Shown here: piece by piece, positions 12,127 through 24,303 of the stretch
Position numbering within the stretch: position 1 is the stretch's first letter
Layout: every line of letters begins with the position of its first letter
DNA from: Macrostomum lignano
Taxonomy: Eukaryota
DNA: 64,000 nucleotides
Reading direction: 5' to 3'
NCBI GenBank assembly: GCA_002269645.1
Contig: NIVC01001566.1
Location: 72,346 to 136,345, forward strand
Translations under genes and position numbers: made by a program
The notes under the pieces: model-generated
Databases searched by the model: none
Seen by the model: the letters and a program-made list of their open reading frames with translations, nothing else
Told to the model about the DNA's origin: nothing

Positions 12127-12659
12127 AATGCCACATGGGCAAATGCCATAAATAAGAAGTGTATTTCTTATTTTGATTGATTTAAAAAGTTGTAACAAGT
12201 TTTGCACAGTTTTGTATTAGAATTCAACCTTTTGGGACACCTTTTATAATTTATCAACTAGTTAATTTAGCTCTTAATAGCTTTGCCATCTTCATAAATT
12301 GCTTAAAAATGTATATATAACAAAAATTGGCTTTACAGAAACCCCAGTGTAGTGTAGAAAATATAAGTATAGATAGAGATAAATGGTGGCAATGTGGTAT
12401 AAAAATACTACAATATTGAAAAAATTTGCCAACATTGTGTGATATACCTAAAACTTAAACTGTATCTAATTAAAAATTAAACAAAAACTATTGTTGATTA
12501 TTAATAGATAATTAATAATAAGCATCCTAACTTTGAATAATAACCTTAGTCTCAATTAGTAATTTGCCAGAGCCCAATGCCAATGCAATAAATTAAGCCT
12601 ATTTTCATTTTTTTCAATTTATATACATGTAAAAACCTACTTATACCATAGCATAGAAT

Positions 12660-13402
12660 ATACATGTGCAACAGTTAGCCAAGTCAGCCAATCTGGCTGA
12701 CCAATTTGATAGCCAACCAAGGTAAGTTGCAAAAATGCCCACCCAAATAAATATCCCAAGTAGTACTAAGTACATGACAAGGCATTTTGCCTTAATAAGA
12801 CAAAATTGTCTTAGTTGTTTTGTCATAGTTACTCTTGCCATTTACCCAAAGTTGTATTAATTTTGCTTTAGGGTTTCTTTTACATGTAAGTTGCATTCTT
12901 GGCCAAAAACTACTGTAACGAGTCCGGTATATTTAATATTACTAGCGAAGAGAGAGTATTAGCAACGTATATCAATGGTTCAGCAGATACGTCTGTCAGT
13001 CCTGGACGATTTACTATACTCGGAGCATAAGAAATCTTACTGTCTTAGTATGAATGCGTACACTGGTGATTGGCTCTGATTATAATTATTGTATCTCACG
13101 TACATGCTAGGTTGATCTACGTCCCAGGCTGCCACACGCTTACAGAAAAAGACTAGAACTTACATGTTAAAATTATGAGTCGCATTTCTTGGAAACGGAA
13201 ACCAAATTAACAAAATACGTAATATTAAACCCTAGAATAAATTACGCACGTAATCTAAACAGCTAAGGATTTGAATAAAGTTAAAATACACCATATAAAT
13301 AAACTAGATTCGAATTACAGAATTTCCAAACCGTTACACTACATTACATTTTTGTTAAAACAAGTTGCATGGCCGACCAAATTTTGGAGGTTGCACATGT
13401 AT
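12660..13402. mobile_element. MITE-like element interrupted by a solo LTR
   Basis: Terminal inverted repeat ATACATGTGCAAC (12660-12672) / GTTGCACATGTAT (13390-13402), which includes a possible TA target site. An uninterrupted relative lies at about 60414-60700. Confidence 0.75.
12914..13338. mobile_element. Solo LTR, 425 bp
   Basis: Termini TGTAACG...CGTTACA with a 4-bp duplication CTAC (12910-12913, 13339-13342). The homologous empty site GGCCAAAAACTAC-GTCGCATTTTTGTTAAAAC is at about 60635-60666. Confidence 0.85.
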
Positions 13403-15229
13403 GGCATAGAAACAACTTTAAGGTTATATTATAAACAAAATACACATAAGTATATTTATTTATACATAAGTAAAGGGCATAAGGTGGTCCATAACTTGAA
13501 AGAATTTTTATTTTATTTTCCAACACTATATATTATTTTATTTTTTATATAATATCATCAAAAAAATTGCTTATCTAACCTACTTGCTGATCCAAATAAA
13601 GAATATAATCTAAAGAAAGAAAAATCCAACATTTAGTGCTAAGATTAAGAAATTAAATAAATCACATTATACTATTATCATTATCAGGTTTTTATTCTTT
13701 CTTTAATTTAATGTGCTACCTTGAGAAAAATATCCTCTACTCCATTACTATGTTATATATGTTTTAATCAAAGTGATCTAGACAAAATTTTATTGGTTTA
13801 TAAAAAATGGGCTTATTTTGATAATATTAAATGCAACTTTAAAAAATAAATAATAAATTCTTGTTTTTATGGTAGGTTTACTTATTCTTCATTTCAAAAG
13901 AATAGACATAAACATTTAAACAAAATTATGAATATAAAGATAAAAAAGTTTAAAAATTCAATGGTGGATTTAGAGAGAAGACATTCAGGGTGCATATCCC
14001 CTAGGCCTTGCCTTAGGGTTTTAGTCACTTTGTCTACTACCAACTTGTCTACTGACAGCTTGTCTACCAAAATACATACAACTAAGCTCACTTATGATGG
14101 CAATCTTATTAAATCTGAAACCATTTTTATTTTGTTTTTTTTATAAAAAAACCTTATTTTATTTCCTCTAAATCTGTAAATATTATTCTAAACACTTAAC
14201 AATTAAAATATATAGAAAATTAGTATACGTCTAACAAAGTAATTAATTTAAGAATTGAATATGAAGTGTCTTTATAAATGAAAATGTATCAATTACACTT
14301 ATCTATTTGAATAATTTTATTAATATTAGATTATACTGACTCCTCTTTTCTACTTTTCAGATAAAGCCAACTTGTCTGCAAGTTGATAAGTTGGTAATAT
14401 ACAAAGTGACTGAATTTGGCCCTAAGCCTTTTATTATCCATTGAGTTATAATTTTTGTATTTTTATATAGAAAAAAAACATTGTGTATATATACATGCAT
14501 AATAATATACATGTGCATATATTTTATTAACAGTGTTGAACACTAATAATGAAAATCTTAACTTCTGTTAATGGCAAAAGTGTAAGCATTAAAACAAAAA
14601 ATCTTAACTTATTAACTCTAAATTCCATTAAGTTAACTAAAAGTCAACTGATAATTGTTACCAAGCATTAATCCATTAAAGTTAACATAAAAAATACAGA
14701 AATCTTGCACTTTTTTCAAACAGACTTTTATAATATATTGTCTTTGCTTTTCCACCTTTTTAGGCAAACACAAAGGTCATCTAAGAGATTTACAAACTAA
14801 AAAATTAATAAATAATAATTTTTAAATGTGTATGCATAATACTACTAAAAGTAAGCATATAGTAAAAGATATAACTTGTTTATTTGAAATTTAAAAGCTA
14901 ATTAGTTAATAATAAAATAGATTATTATTTTATTGTTACAATTTACAACAAATACAAAGGTTGTTTCAATATTAACAAGCACAGCAGAAAGTTACGAAAG
15001 ATTTGGAAAGAAGTAAATCAAAGTGATCCATGCTCATGTGCAAGTAATGTTATAACTTTTTATAAGACATATTTTTATTCTTTCTTTGCATCTTTGGTCA
15101 TTGAAATTGCCATTAACATTGATGATGAGTTTGTTGTTAACTTACAAAATTATTAATGCAAATTTGTTAATCCATTAGTGCAGTCTTTAACAGGATTAGA
15201 AATGTCTAGACACCCAGTCACAGTACCAT

Positions 15230-15902
15230 CCTAGACAACAAGCTCGCAGACTTTTTTCCAAAGAAGGCACAACTAGACGGCAACCACCATCTAATAAGGT
15301 TACCCATTCCTAGGTTGCAAGTCACCTGCCATATCAACAAGTGGCTCCACCAGCCAGCAACACCAGCTTTACTAGAACAGCTATACCAACTCCAAGCAAA
15401 CCAGCTCTGCTATGTCTAGGGCCTAACTTAAACAAGAAAGTCTCTAAATATCTAATTTAACAAAACCAACCTTAGGGAGATATGCATAGTCCTAACTAGC
15501 CATGGTTTCTTCTAGAGACATCTTGTTGCAAACCAATTGCCCTCCTACCTATCTTTTTTGTGGCATAAGAGAGGAGACTGGAAACTGTGGAGCATCATGT
15601 TACTTGCTCTTACTTTAATAAGGCGTGGCATAAATACCTCAGCCATCCTCAGTGGATGGACAAGCTGATAACCACCCTGGACAATAGGCCCTATCCATGA
15701 CCTTCGTGCCTTTGTCTAGGACTCCAGCTGGATGAGAGTTGCCGATGCCTCTATTGCAAACCTGCCAACTACTGGCAGGGGCTAGCATACTCCCAAGGGA
15801 AGGTTAATCCTAAAACTCTTTTACCTTAGGTTGCAATAGGGACCTTGCAGCCTATTTGCAGTGCCTGCACCCCCTATCAGTAGTAAGTAAGTAAGTAAGT
15901 AA
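15230..15902 (+). pseudogene. Degenerate 3' fragment of a non-LTR retrotransposon
   Basis: Decayed HGFF*RHL and ETVEHHVTC (C-terminal CCHC-like) codons, ending in a (TAAG)n tail at 15884-15902. Boundaries approximate. Confidence 0.5.
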
Positions 15903-17313
15903 TCCATTAGTGCAAAAAATCCTAATAGCAGTCTGTTAATGACTTAGGCCTGCTGTTAATAAAAATCTTAATGCTTATTAACTCTTATTAATGGATTAAC
16001 ATAAATTTAATAATGGACTGGTGCCCAACATTGTTTATTAATCTGCCCCCCATTCAAAATTTTCTAGATCTGTACCTGTAGATATGTATATTTTAATGTC
16101 ATACATAGGGGCCTTATTAAATTAATAGACACCAAATACTAATAGGCCTAGTATAGTTCTAGTGGCAACGCAAGTGGCTCAACCTATTTTCCAGATTGCA
16201 GGTGGCGGCAGCAGGCCTATGGCAATATGATAGAATTAAAACATCTAGTCTCTAAACGAATGAAGAGTAGACAATTGTATAACACTAAATTAAAATAAAG
16301 GAAAGTTATTAAAAAGACCAATTGTCATTTGAGTTAAATTGAATGCATGCAGGCAGGCGCAACGCAAGAAAATTTTGAGTAGGGGCCTGCATTTGTATAC
16401 TGTATACATAGACTTTAATCTACATGATCTACCTTAATCTCATAATTTCATGATAATTTATATAACCCATAGAAAAAAATCTATTTCTCTGCCTGCGGCC
16501 TGCCCGCTTGCCGGTGCCGGCGCTTGGGGACGCCTCTAAATCCTCTAACTGTGTACAGTGACAGTAACTCGGCTCTCTTTCTGTTTTGGATCCCATTTCT
16601 TCTTTCTCTTTGGGTCCTTTTCGTCTTTTGACAGTTCATATCCGAATACGTGAACTACTACAAATCAGAGTCCAGACCATGTGTGGGTTCCCCGACAGAT
16701 ATTCACCCGACAGATATTTTTTCTTCGGGCAGATAATTCAAACAAAAAATGAATTTATGTTTCGGGATACATTTCTTACTCTGACGCCATATTCAGCTTT
16801 AAAAATTTGTAAGCAGAATTTTTCTGACCCAAAGAATAAAAAATTGGCATGAATGCAAAGTGTGTCAAAAGACGAATTCATTGGCACCCCTAACAAACAC
16901 ATTTTGGAAGCAAATATCTCGGGAAATACAAACGGGAATCATGTGTCTAAGATGTCATTGCAAAGCTGAGACATGCGTCAAGAAGTGATAAAAGTTTCAG
17001 AGCAAATGATTGAAGCATTGAGACGCAGCGATAAATCAAAGTTTTTGTTGATCAACGATCTTCAACCAAGATAAACCAAAAAGCACAGCATTTGAAAAAC
17101 TATTTCCATACTTTTAACTTTCTGCAAAAATTGTACTCAGTTTTGCGAGACGTAATAGATAAAGTTGGGGGAGGGTTCAACTTCTCACTGCTGCTGTGTA
17201 TTGGAGGGTTGATTTAGATTGACTGACTGACTGTGAAATCAGTTGCGCAATGAATTGATTCAATTAGTTCAATATTTTTATCAGTGCCTTTTAACACAAA
17301 CCTGTGCGTAGTT

Positions 17314-17343
17314 CTAACCCTAACCCTAACCCTAACCCTAACC
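17314..17343 (-). repeat. Interstitial (TTAGGG)n tract inside a Helitron-like unit; equivalents at 20163-20196, 22757-22786, 25166-25189 and 28227-28256
   Basis: 4-6 CCCTAA units, always after TGTGCGTAGTT. Confidence 0.95.
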
Positions 17344-17429
17344 AATGAATCCGGAGAGTTGAGTTGTTTGACGGAAAAAATTCGATTGAGTCCAGTTTAG
17401 CGGAGACGATTTCAATGTTTTAATTTTGA

Positions 17430-17740
17430 CGAAGAGGATTTCTGTTTCGTGGAGAGGATTTCGATGGTGTTCAGTTTCGTGGAGAGGATTTCGATGGCGT
17501 TCACTTTCGTGGAAAGGATTTCGATGATGTTCAGTTTCACGGAGAGGATTTCGATGATGTTCAGCTTCACGGAGAGGATTTCTGTTTCGCGGAGATAATT
17601 TATGATTGATTTCTGTTTTATGGAGACCATTTTGATGGATTTAAGTTTCAAGGAGAGGATTTCGAAGGAGTCCAGTTTCACGGAGAGGATTTCGATGGTT
17701 TTCAGTTGCACGGACAGGATTTTTCTGCTTCGCGGAGAGG
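17430..17740. repeat. Degenerate 30-bp tandem repeat, present in each array unit
   Basis: GAGAGGATTTCGATGATGTTCAGTTTCACG variants. Also at about 20280-20560, 22870-23040, 25270-25570 and 28330-28490. Confidence 0.9.
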
Positions 17741-17769
17741 ATCTTGATGGATTTGGCATCTTCAATCAG

Positions 17770-18830
17770 TCAGAGAAGAGAGTAAAGAGAAGAATGAAAA
17801 GAGAAGAGAGATGAGATGATAGAAAACAGAGTAGAAATGAATGGAGAGATTAGACATGACAGATGGAAGAGAAGAGGGGAGTAAGGCGGGAACGAAGGAA
17901 GAGAAAAGAGAAGAGGAGAGAGGAGATGAAGGGAGAGGATATGAGAGAGGAGATATGAGATAGCAGAGAGGAGACAGGAGAGAAAAGAAAGGAGGGATAA
18001 GAGCGTACAGAGGCAAAAAAAGAGAGGAAAGAGAGAAGAGAGGTGAGAGGTGAGAGGTGAGAGGAGAGAGATGAAAGATCAGAGATCAGAGATTCAAGAG
18101 AAGAAAGTAGTGAGGAGAAAGAAGAGGGTAAAGATAAGAGTGCAGAGAGGAGAGAAACGAGAGGAGACAGGTGATAGAAAAGAGTGTAAAAAACAGGATA
18201 TAAGAAAGGAGAGGGTGAGAGTGAGAGCATATAGGAAAGTGTAAAAGGGGAGAGAGAATAGATAAGTGAGTAGAGAAGAGATATGAGAGAGGAGAGAGGA
18301 GAGATTAGAGAAGAGATGAGGGGAGATAAGAGGAGAGAAGAGGGAATGGAGAGGAGAGAAAAGAGAGGAGAGGAGACAGGTGATGCAGTAGAAAGGGAAG
18401 AAAGATGGTAGATAAGAAAGGAGAGGGTGAGAGCGTATAAGAGATACGAGTACTGAAAGCAGAGAGAAGAGAGAAAAGGGAAGAGAGAAAGTAGAGCGGA
18501 GACGATAGATAAGTGAGTAGAGATGAGATATGAGAGAGGAGAGAAAAGGGGAGAGATAAGAGAGAAGATATGAGAGTAGACAGGAGAGGGTACAGACGAA
18601 AGGCGAGGGAGAAGAGATAAATAAGGGAGTAGAGATGAGATATGAGAGAGAAGAGATAAGCGAGAAGAGTAGGAATAGAGGAGAGAGAGAAGCGAGAGAA
18701 GGGAGAGAGGAGGGAGAAGAGAGATGAAAGATCAGAGAGGAGAGAGATGAAAGTGTAGAGAGGAGTAATTAGTGAGGAGAAAGAAGAGAGTAAAAATAAA
18801 AATCAGAGCGCAGGGCGCAAGAGATGAGAG
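17770..18830. repeat. GA-rich polypurine tract; equivalents at about 20585-21295, 23070-24005 and 25605-26640
   Basis: Strongly purine-biased GAGAG/GAGGAG runs on the + strand, with homologous blocks shared between units. Confidence 0.95.
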
Positions 18831-21800
18831 ATGGGAGTTGATAGATTGTAGAGGATTTGGAGATGATTTGGAAGATGGGATTCAATTCATTGAATTTCAG
18901 CTGATAGGAGTTCTTCCCCTTCAGAATTCCGGTGATGGGAGTTCTTCCCCTATCTCCTCCGAAGGAGGAGTTCCACTCGTCTATATACTAAAGCTGACGT
19001 CGTGGTCCGGTGGTAGGGTGGGCCGGTGGGCCGGGTTTGTCGACGATCTCCTCCTAGGATTCTTGCAACTCAACTTTCAAACCGGTACCAAAACATGTCA
19101 AATGTCCCGACGATGCTACAATTTAAAATTCATTTTCAAATTTCAATTTTAAGTGCTTCAAAAAAGCAGAAAACAGCACAAACCAGACAGCCAGATGTCT
19201 ATATATCGCATTCCATGGACTTCCTTCCACTTGACGCTATTTTGTATGGTTGCGCCACAACTTTTCTCCTATCTCTGCAGTGTATTTCATTTCAGCTGGG
19301 GGAGGGTCGCCGGCACTTGAGAATTGGCGGCCTACTTGCTCAGTGTTAAAAAGGGGTGGAGGTGCACACTGCGCGAGAATGGATGGCTTGATTTTTTAAC
19401 TCATCACAGAGTGTACATTGCGCTCTGCAAGTAAGAAACGGGAAAACTTGCACCTTAATTTCTGCTTTTAATTTTCAAGCTACAGAAAAGTGAATCACAC
19501 CGTTGGAAAGAGTTTGAAAAACTGAACAGAATGGTATAATTTTCTGTTCCGAAATCTCAACTGCATCAGAGCAATTTGTCATAGAAAATTTCTTGATTTC
19601 AATTTGTCAACCCTGGCTCACTGGCTGACTTTATAGATAATTGCGCAATGATATGGCTACTGATAAGTTTTCCTGCCTTTCAATGGGCAGTCCTGTGTAT
19701 TTGTTGGACATTGAAATTCAATGCATCATCTTGCAAGCAGGCAGTGAACGTACACTCGATACTTCAATGCTATAAATCAGACAGTTTCAAACGCTAACTG
19801 TTCCTCGAGTTTTAAACTTTGAGAGGAGAAACTTATATTGCTGGCAAGATCTTGCAACGCTGAGTTCGGGGATATAAGTTGTTTGATTTAAATATGAAAA
19901 GAAAAAGCACAGCATTTGAAAAACTATTTCCATACTTTTAACTTTCTGCAAAGATTGTACTTTAATCTGCAAAGATTGTTGGGGGGAGGGTTCAACTTCT
20001 CACTGCTGCTGTGTATTGGAGGGTTGATTTAGATTGCGCAATGTTTTTGTTAACTTTACCTGAGGCTGATACTGACTGACTGTGAAATCGGTTGCGCAAT
20101 GAATTGATTCAATTAGTTCAATATTTTTATCTGTGCCTTTTAACACGAAGCTGTGCGTAGTTCTAACCCTAACCCTAACCCTAACCCTAACCCTAATGAA
20201 TCTGGCGAGTTGAGTTGTTTGACGGAAAAAATTCGATTGAGTCCAGTTTAGCGGAGACGATTTCAATGTTTAAATTCTGACGGAGAAGATTTCTGTTTCG
20301 TGGAGAGGATTTCGATGATGTTCAGTTTCACGAAAGGATTTCCATGGTGTTCAGTTTCACGGAGAGGATATCGATCATGTTCAGCTTCACGGAGAGGCTT
20401 TCTGTTTCGCGGAGATAATTTATGATTGATTTCTGTTTTATGGAAACAATTTTGATGGATTTAAGTTTCAAGGAGAGGATTTCGAAGGAGTCCAGTTTCA
20501 CTGAGAGGATTTCGATGGTTTTTAGTTGCACAGACAGGATTTTTGCTTCGCGGAGAGGATCTTGATGGATTTGGCATCTTCAATCAGTCAGAGAAGAGAG
20601 TAAAGAGAAGACTGAAAAGAGAAGAGAGAAGAGATGATAGAAAACAGAGTATAATTGAGTGGAGAGATTAGACATGACAGATTGGAGATGATAGGAGAGA
20701 GAATAGATGAGGGATAAGAGCGTAAAGAGGCAATAGAAGAGAGGGGAGAGTAGAGGAGAAAGAAAGAGTGAGATGAGGAGATGAGGGATGAGAGAGCAGG
20801 GGAGAGAGGAGACAGGAGAGAGTACAGACGAAAGACTAGGGAGAAGATATAAATAAGGTAGTAAAGATGAGAGGAGAGAGAGGAGAGAGAAGCGAAAGGA
20901 GAAGAGAGTGAGGAGAGAGGAGAGAGATGAAAGGAGCAAGGAAAGGAGAAAAGAGAGAATGGAGAGAATAGAAAAGAGAGAAGAGAAGAGACAGGGGATA
21001 GTGAAAAGGAGGAAGAAAGATGGGAGACAAGAAAGTAGTGTCAGAGCGTATATGAAATATGAGAAATGAGAGCAGAGAGAAGAGAAAAGATAAGAGAGAG
21101 AGAGGGTTAAGAGAGACGATAGATAAGTGAGTAGAGATGACATATGAGAGAGGAGAGAAGAGGGAGAGATAAGAGTGAAGAGAGGAGACAGAAGACAGGA
21201 GAAGGTACAGACGAAAGACGAGGGAGAAGAGATAAACAAGGGAGCAGGGGTAGAGATGAGATGAGAGAGAGGAGAGAGGAGATATGAGAGACTTGAGAGT
21301 CTTTGAGCTATGGTCTTTGAAAGATTTTGTAAAGAATTTGGAGACGATTTGGAAGATAGGGTTAAAGACATGGAATTTCAGTTGATGGATATTTCAGGGA
21401 ATAGAATTCCGGTGATGGGAGTTCTTCCCCTTTCTCCTCCGAAGGAGGAGTTCCACTCGTCTATATACTAAAGCTGACGTCGTGGTCCGGTGGTAGGGTG
21501 GGCCGGTGGGCCGGGTTTGTCGACGATCTCCTCCTAGGATTCTTGCAACTCAACTTTCAAACCGGTACCAAAACATGTCAAATGTCCCGACGATGCTACA
21601 ATTTAAAATTCATTTTCAAATTTCAATTTTAAGTGCTTCAAAAAAGCAGAAAACAGCACAAACCAGACAGCCAGACCAGATGTCTATATATCGCATTCCA
21701 TGGACTTCCCACTTGACGCTATTTTGTATGGTTGCGCCACAACTTTTCTCCTATCTCTGCAGTGTATTTCATTTCAGCTGGGGGAGGGTCGCCGGCACTT

Positions 21801-24271
21801 GAGAATTGGCGGCCTACTTGCTCAGTGTTAAAAAGGGGTGGAGGTGCACACTGCGCGAGAATGGATGGCTTGATTTTTTAACTCATCACAGAGTGTACAT
21901 TGCGCTCTGCAAGTAAGAAACGGGAAAACTTGCACCTTAATTTCTGCTTTAAGGTTGGGAAGATTGGAAATTATCCGAGGTCGGCTATAGGCTATTTTAA
22001 TTCTGAAATTTTAATTTCTAAGATCCTCAAAAAAAGCAGAAAACTGCCTTTTTGACCCCCAATAACCTTCTTTTGCTACTCTGCCTGGGGCTTCAGCCAG
22101 TTTGTAAAAATAGCCACCCCAACCTCCGCCCGCGGGCCGCTGTGTATTGAGGGGTGGTGGGTGCGCGTGTTCTGCGTTCAATGCAAATAAAACCCCCGCG
22201 AGTTGAGGGGTTGAGTTAAATTTAATGATTCCCCCGGAACGGGGGGGTTGGGCTTGGGCTGAGTGTACATAGCTGTTGTAAACAGATAGAACTGTGCCGA
22301 GATTCAATTGGTTTTATTATCGGCCCTGTGTATTAGCTGGGCAGTGAATTTCAATGAATAAACTTGCGAGCTTCTCTAGCAAGCAGTTGGGAAATCGGTA
22401 AATTTCAAACGCTAACTGTTCCTCGAGTTTTAAACTTTGAGAAGAGAAACTTATATTGCTGGAAAGATCTTGCAACGCTGAGTTCGGGGATATAAGTTGT
22501 TTGCTTTAAATATGAAAAGAAAAAGCACAGCATTTGAAAAACTATTTCCATACTTTTAACTTTCTGCAAAGATTGTACTCAGTTTTGCGAGACGTAATAG
22601 ATAAAGTTGGGGGGAGGGTTCAACTTCTCACTGCTGCTGTGTATTGGAGGGTTGATTTAGATTGACTGACTGACTGTGAAATCAGTTGCGCAATGAATTG
22701 ATTCAATTAGTTCAATATTCTTATCAGTGCCTTTTAACACAAACCTGTGCGTAGTTCTAACCCTAACCCTAACCCTAACCCTAACCAATGAATCCGGAGT
22801 TGAGTTGTTTGACGGAAAAAATTCGATTGAGTCCAGTTTAGCGGAGACGATTTCAATGTTTTAATTTTGACGGAGAGAATTTCTGTTTCGTGGAGATAAT
22901 TTATGATTGATTTCTGTTTTATGGAGACCATTTTGATGGATTTAAGTTTCAAGGAGAGGATTTCGAAGGAGTCCAGTTTCACGGAGAGGATTTCGATGGT
23001 TTTCAGTTGCACGGACAGGATTTCTGCTTCGCGCGGAGAGGATCTTGATGGATTTGGCATCTTCAATCAGTTAGAGAAGAGAGTAAAGAGAAGAATGAAA
23101 AGAGAAGAGAGATGAGATGATAGAAAACAGAGTAGAAATGAGTGGAGAGATTAGACATGACAGATGGGAGAAAAAAGGGGAGTAAGGCGGGAACGAAGGA
23201 GAGAGAAGAGAAGAGGAGAGAGGAGATGAGAGGGGAGATATGAGATAGCAAAGGGATACAAGAGAGATAATAGGAGAGAGAATAGATGAGGGATAAGAGC
23301 GTACAGAGGAAATAGAAGAGAGGGAAGAGTAGAGGAGAAAGAAAGAGTGAGATGAGGGGATGAGGGATGAGAGAGCAGGGGAGAGAGGAGAGAGAAGAGA
23401 GGAGAAAAGAGGGGAGAAAGGAGAGAGAAGCGAAAGGAGAAGAGAGAGAGGAGAGAGGAGAGAGATGAAAGATCATAGATGAGAGAGTTAAGAGAGGAAA
23501 GTAGTGCGGAGAGGAGAGATGAGAGATGCGATGAGAAGAGATGCGTGAGAACATAAGAGAGAAGAGATTAGAGATTAGAGATTAGAGAAGAGAGGGGAGA
23601 AGATGAAAGGAGCAAGGAGAGGAGAAAAGAGAGAATGGAGAGGATAGAAAAGAGAGAAGAGAAGAGACAGGGGATAGTGGAAAGAAGGAAAGAAAGATGG
23701 GAGACAAGAAAGTAGAGTGTGAGAGCGTATTTGAGATATGAGAAATGAGAGCTGAGAGAAGAGAAAAGAGAAGAGAGAGAGAGGGTTAAGAGAGACGATA
23801 GATAAGTGAGTAGAGATGATATATGAGAGAGAAGAGAAGAGGGAGAGATAAGAGAGAAGAGAGGAGACAGGAGACAGGAGAGGGTACAGACGAAAGACGA
23901 GGGAGAAGAGATAAATAAGGGAGTAGGGGTAGAGATAAGATGAGAGAGAGGAGAGAGAAGAGAGTCACGATAATAGCGAAGAGAGTAGAGAGGAGATATG
24001 ATAGACGTGAGAGTCTTTGAGCTATGGTCTTTTAAAGGTTTTGTAAAGAATTTGGAGACGATTTGGAAGATAGGGTTCAAGGCATGGAATTTCAGTTGAT
24101 GGATATTTCAGGAAATGGAATTCCGGTGATGGGAGTTCTTCCCCTTTCTCCTCCGAAGGAGGAGTTCCACTTCTTAATACTAAAACTGGTGCGTTGTTTG
24201 TCTGTGTGTGTGTGTGTTTGTTGGATATCTCCTCCTAGAATATCTATCTATATATACTAAAGTTGACGCGT

Positions 24272-24303
<32 letters not shown>

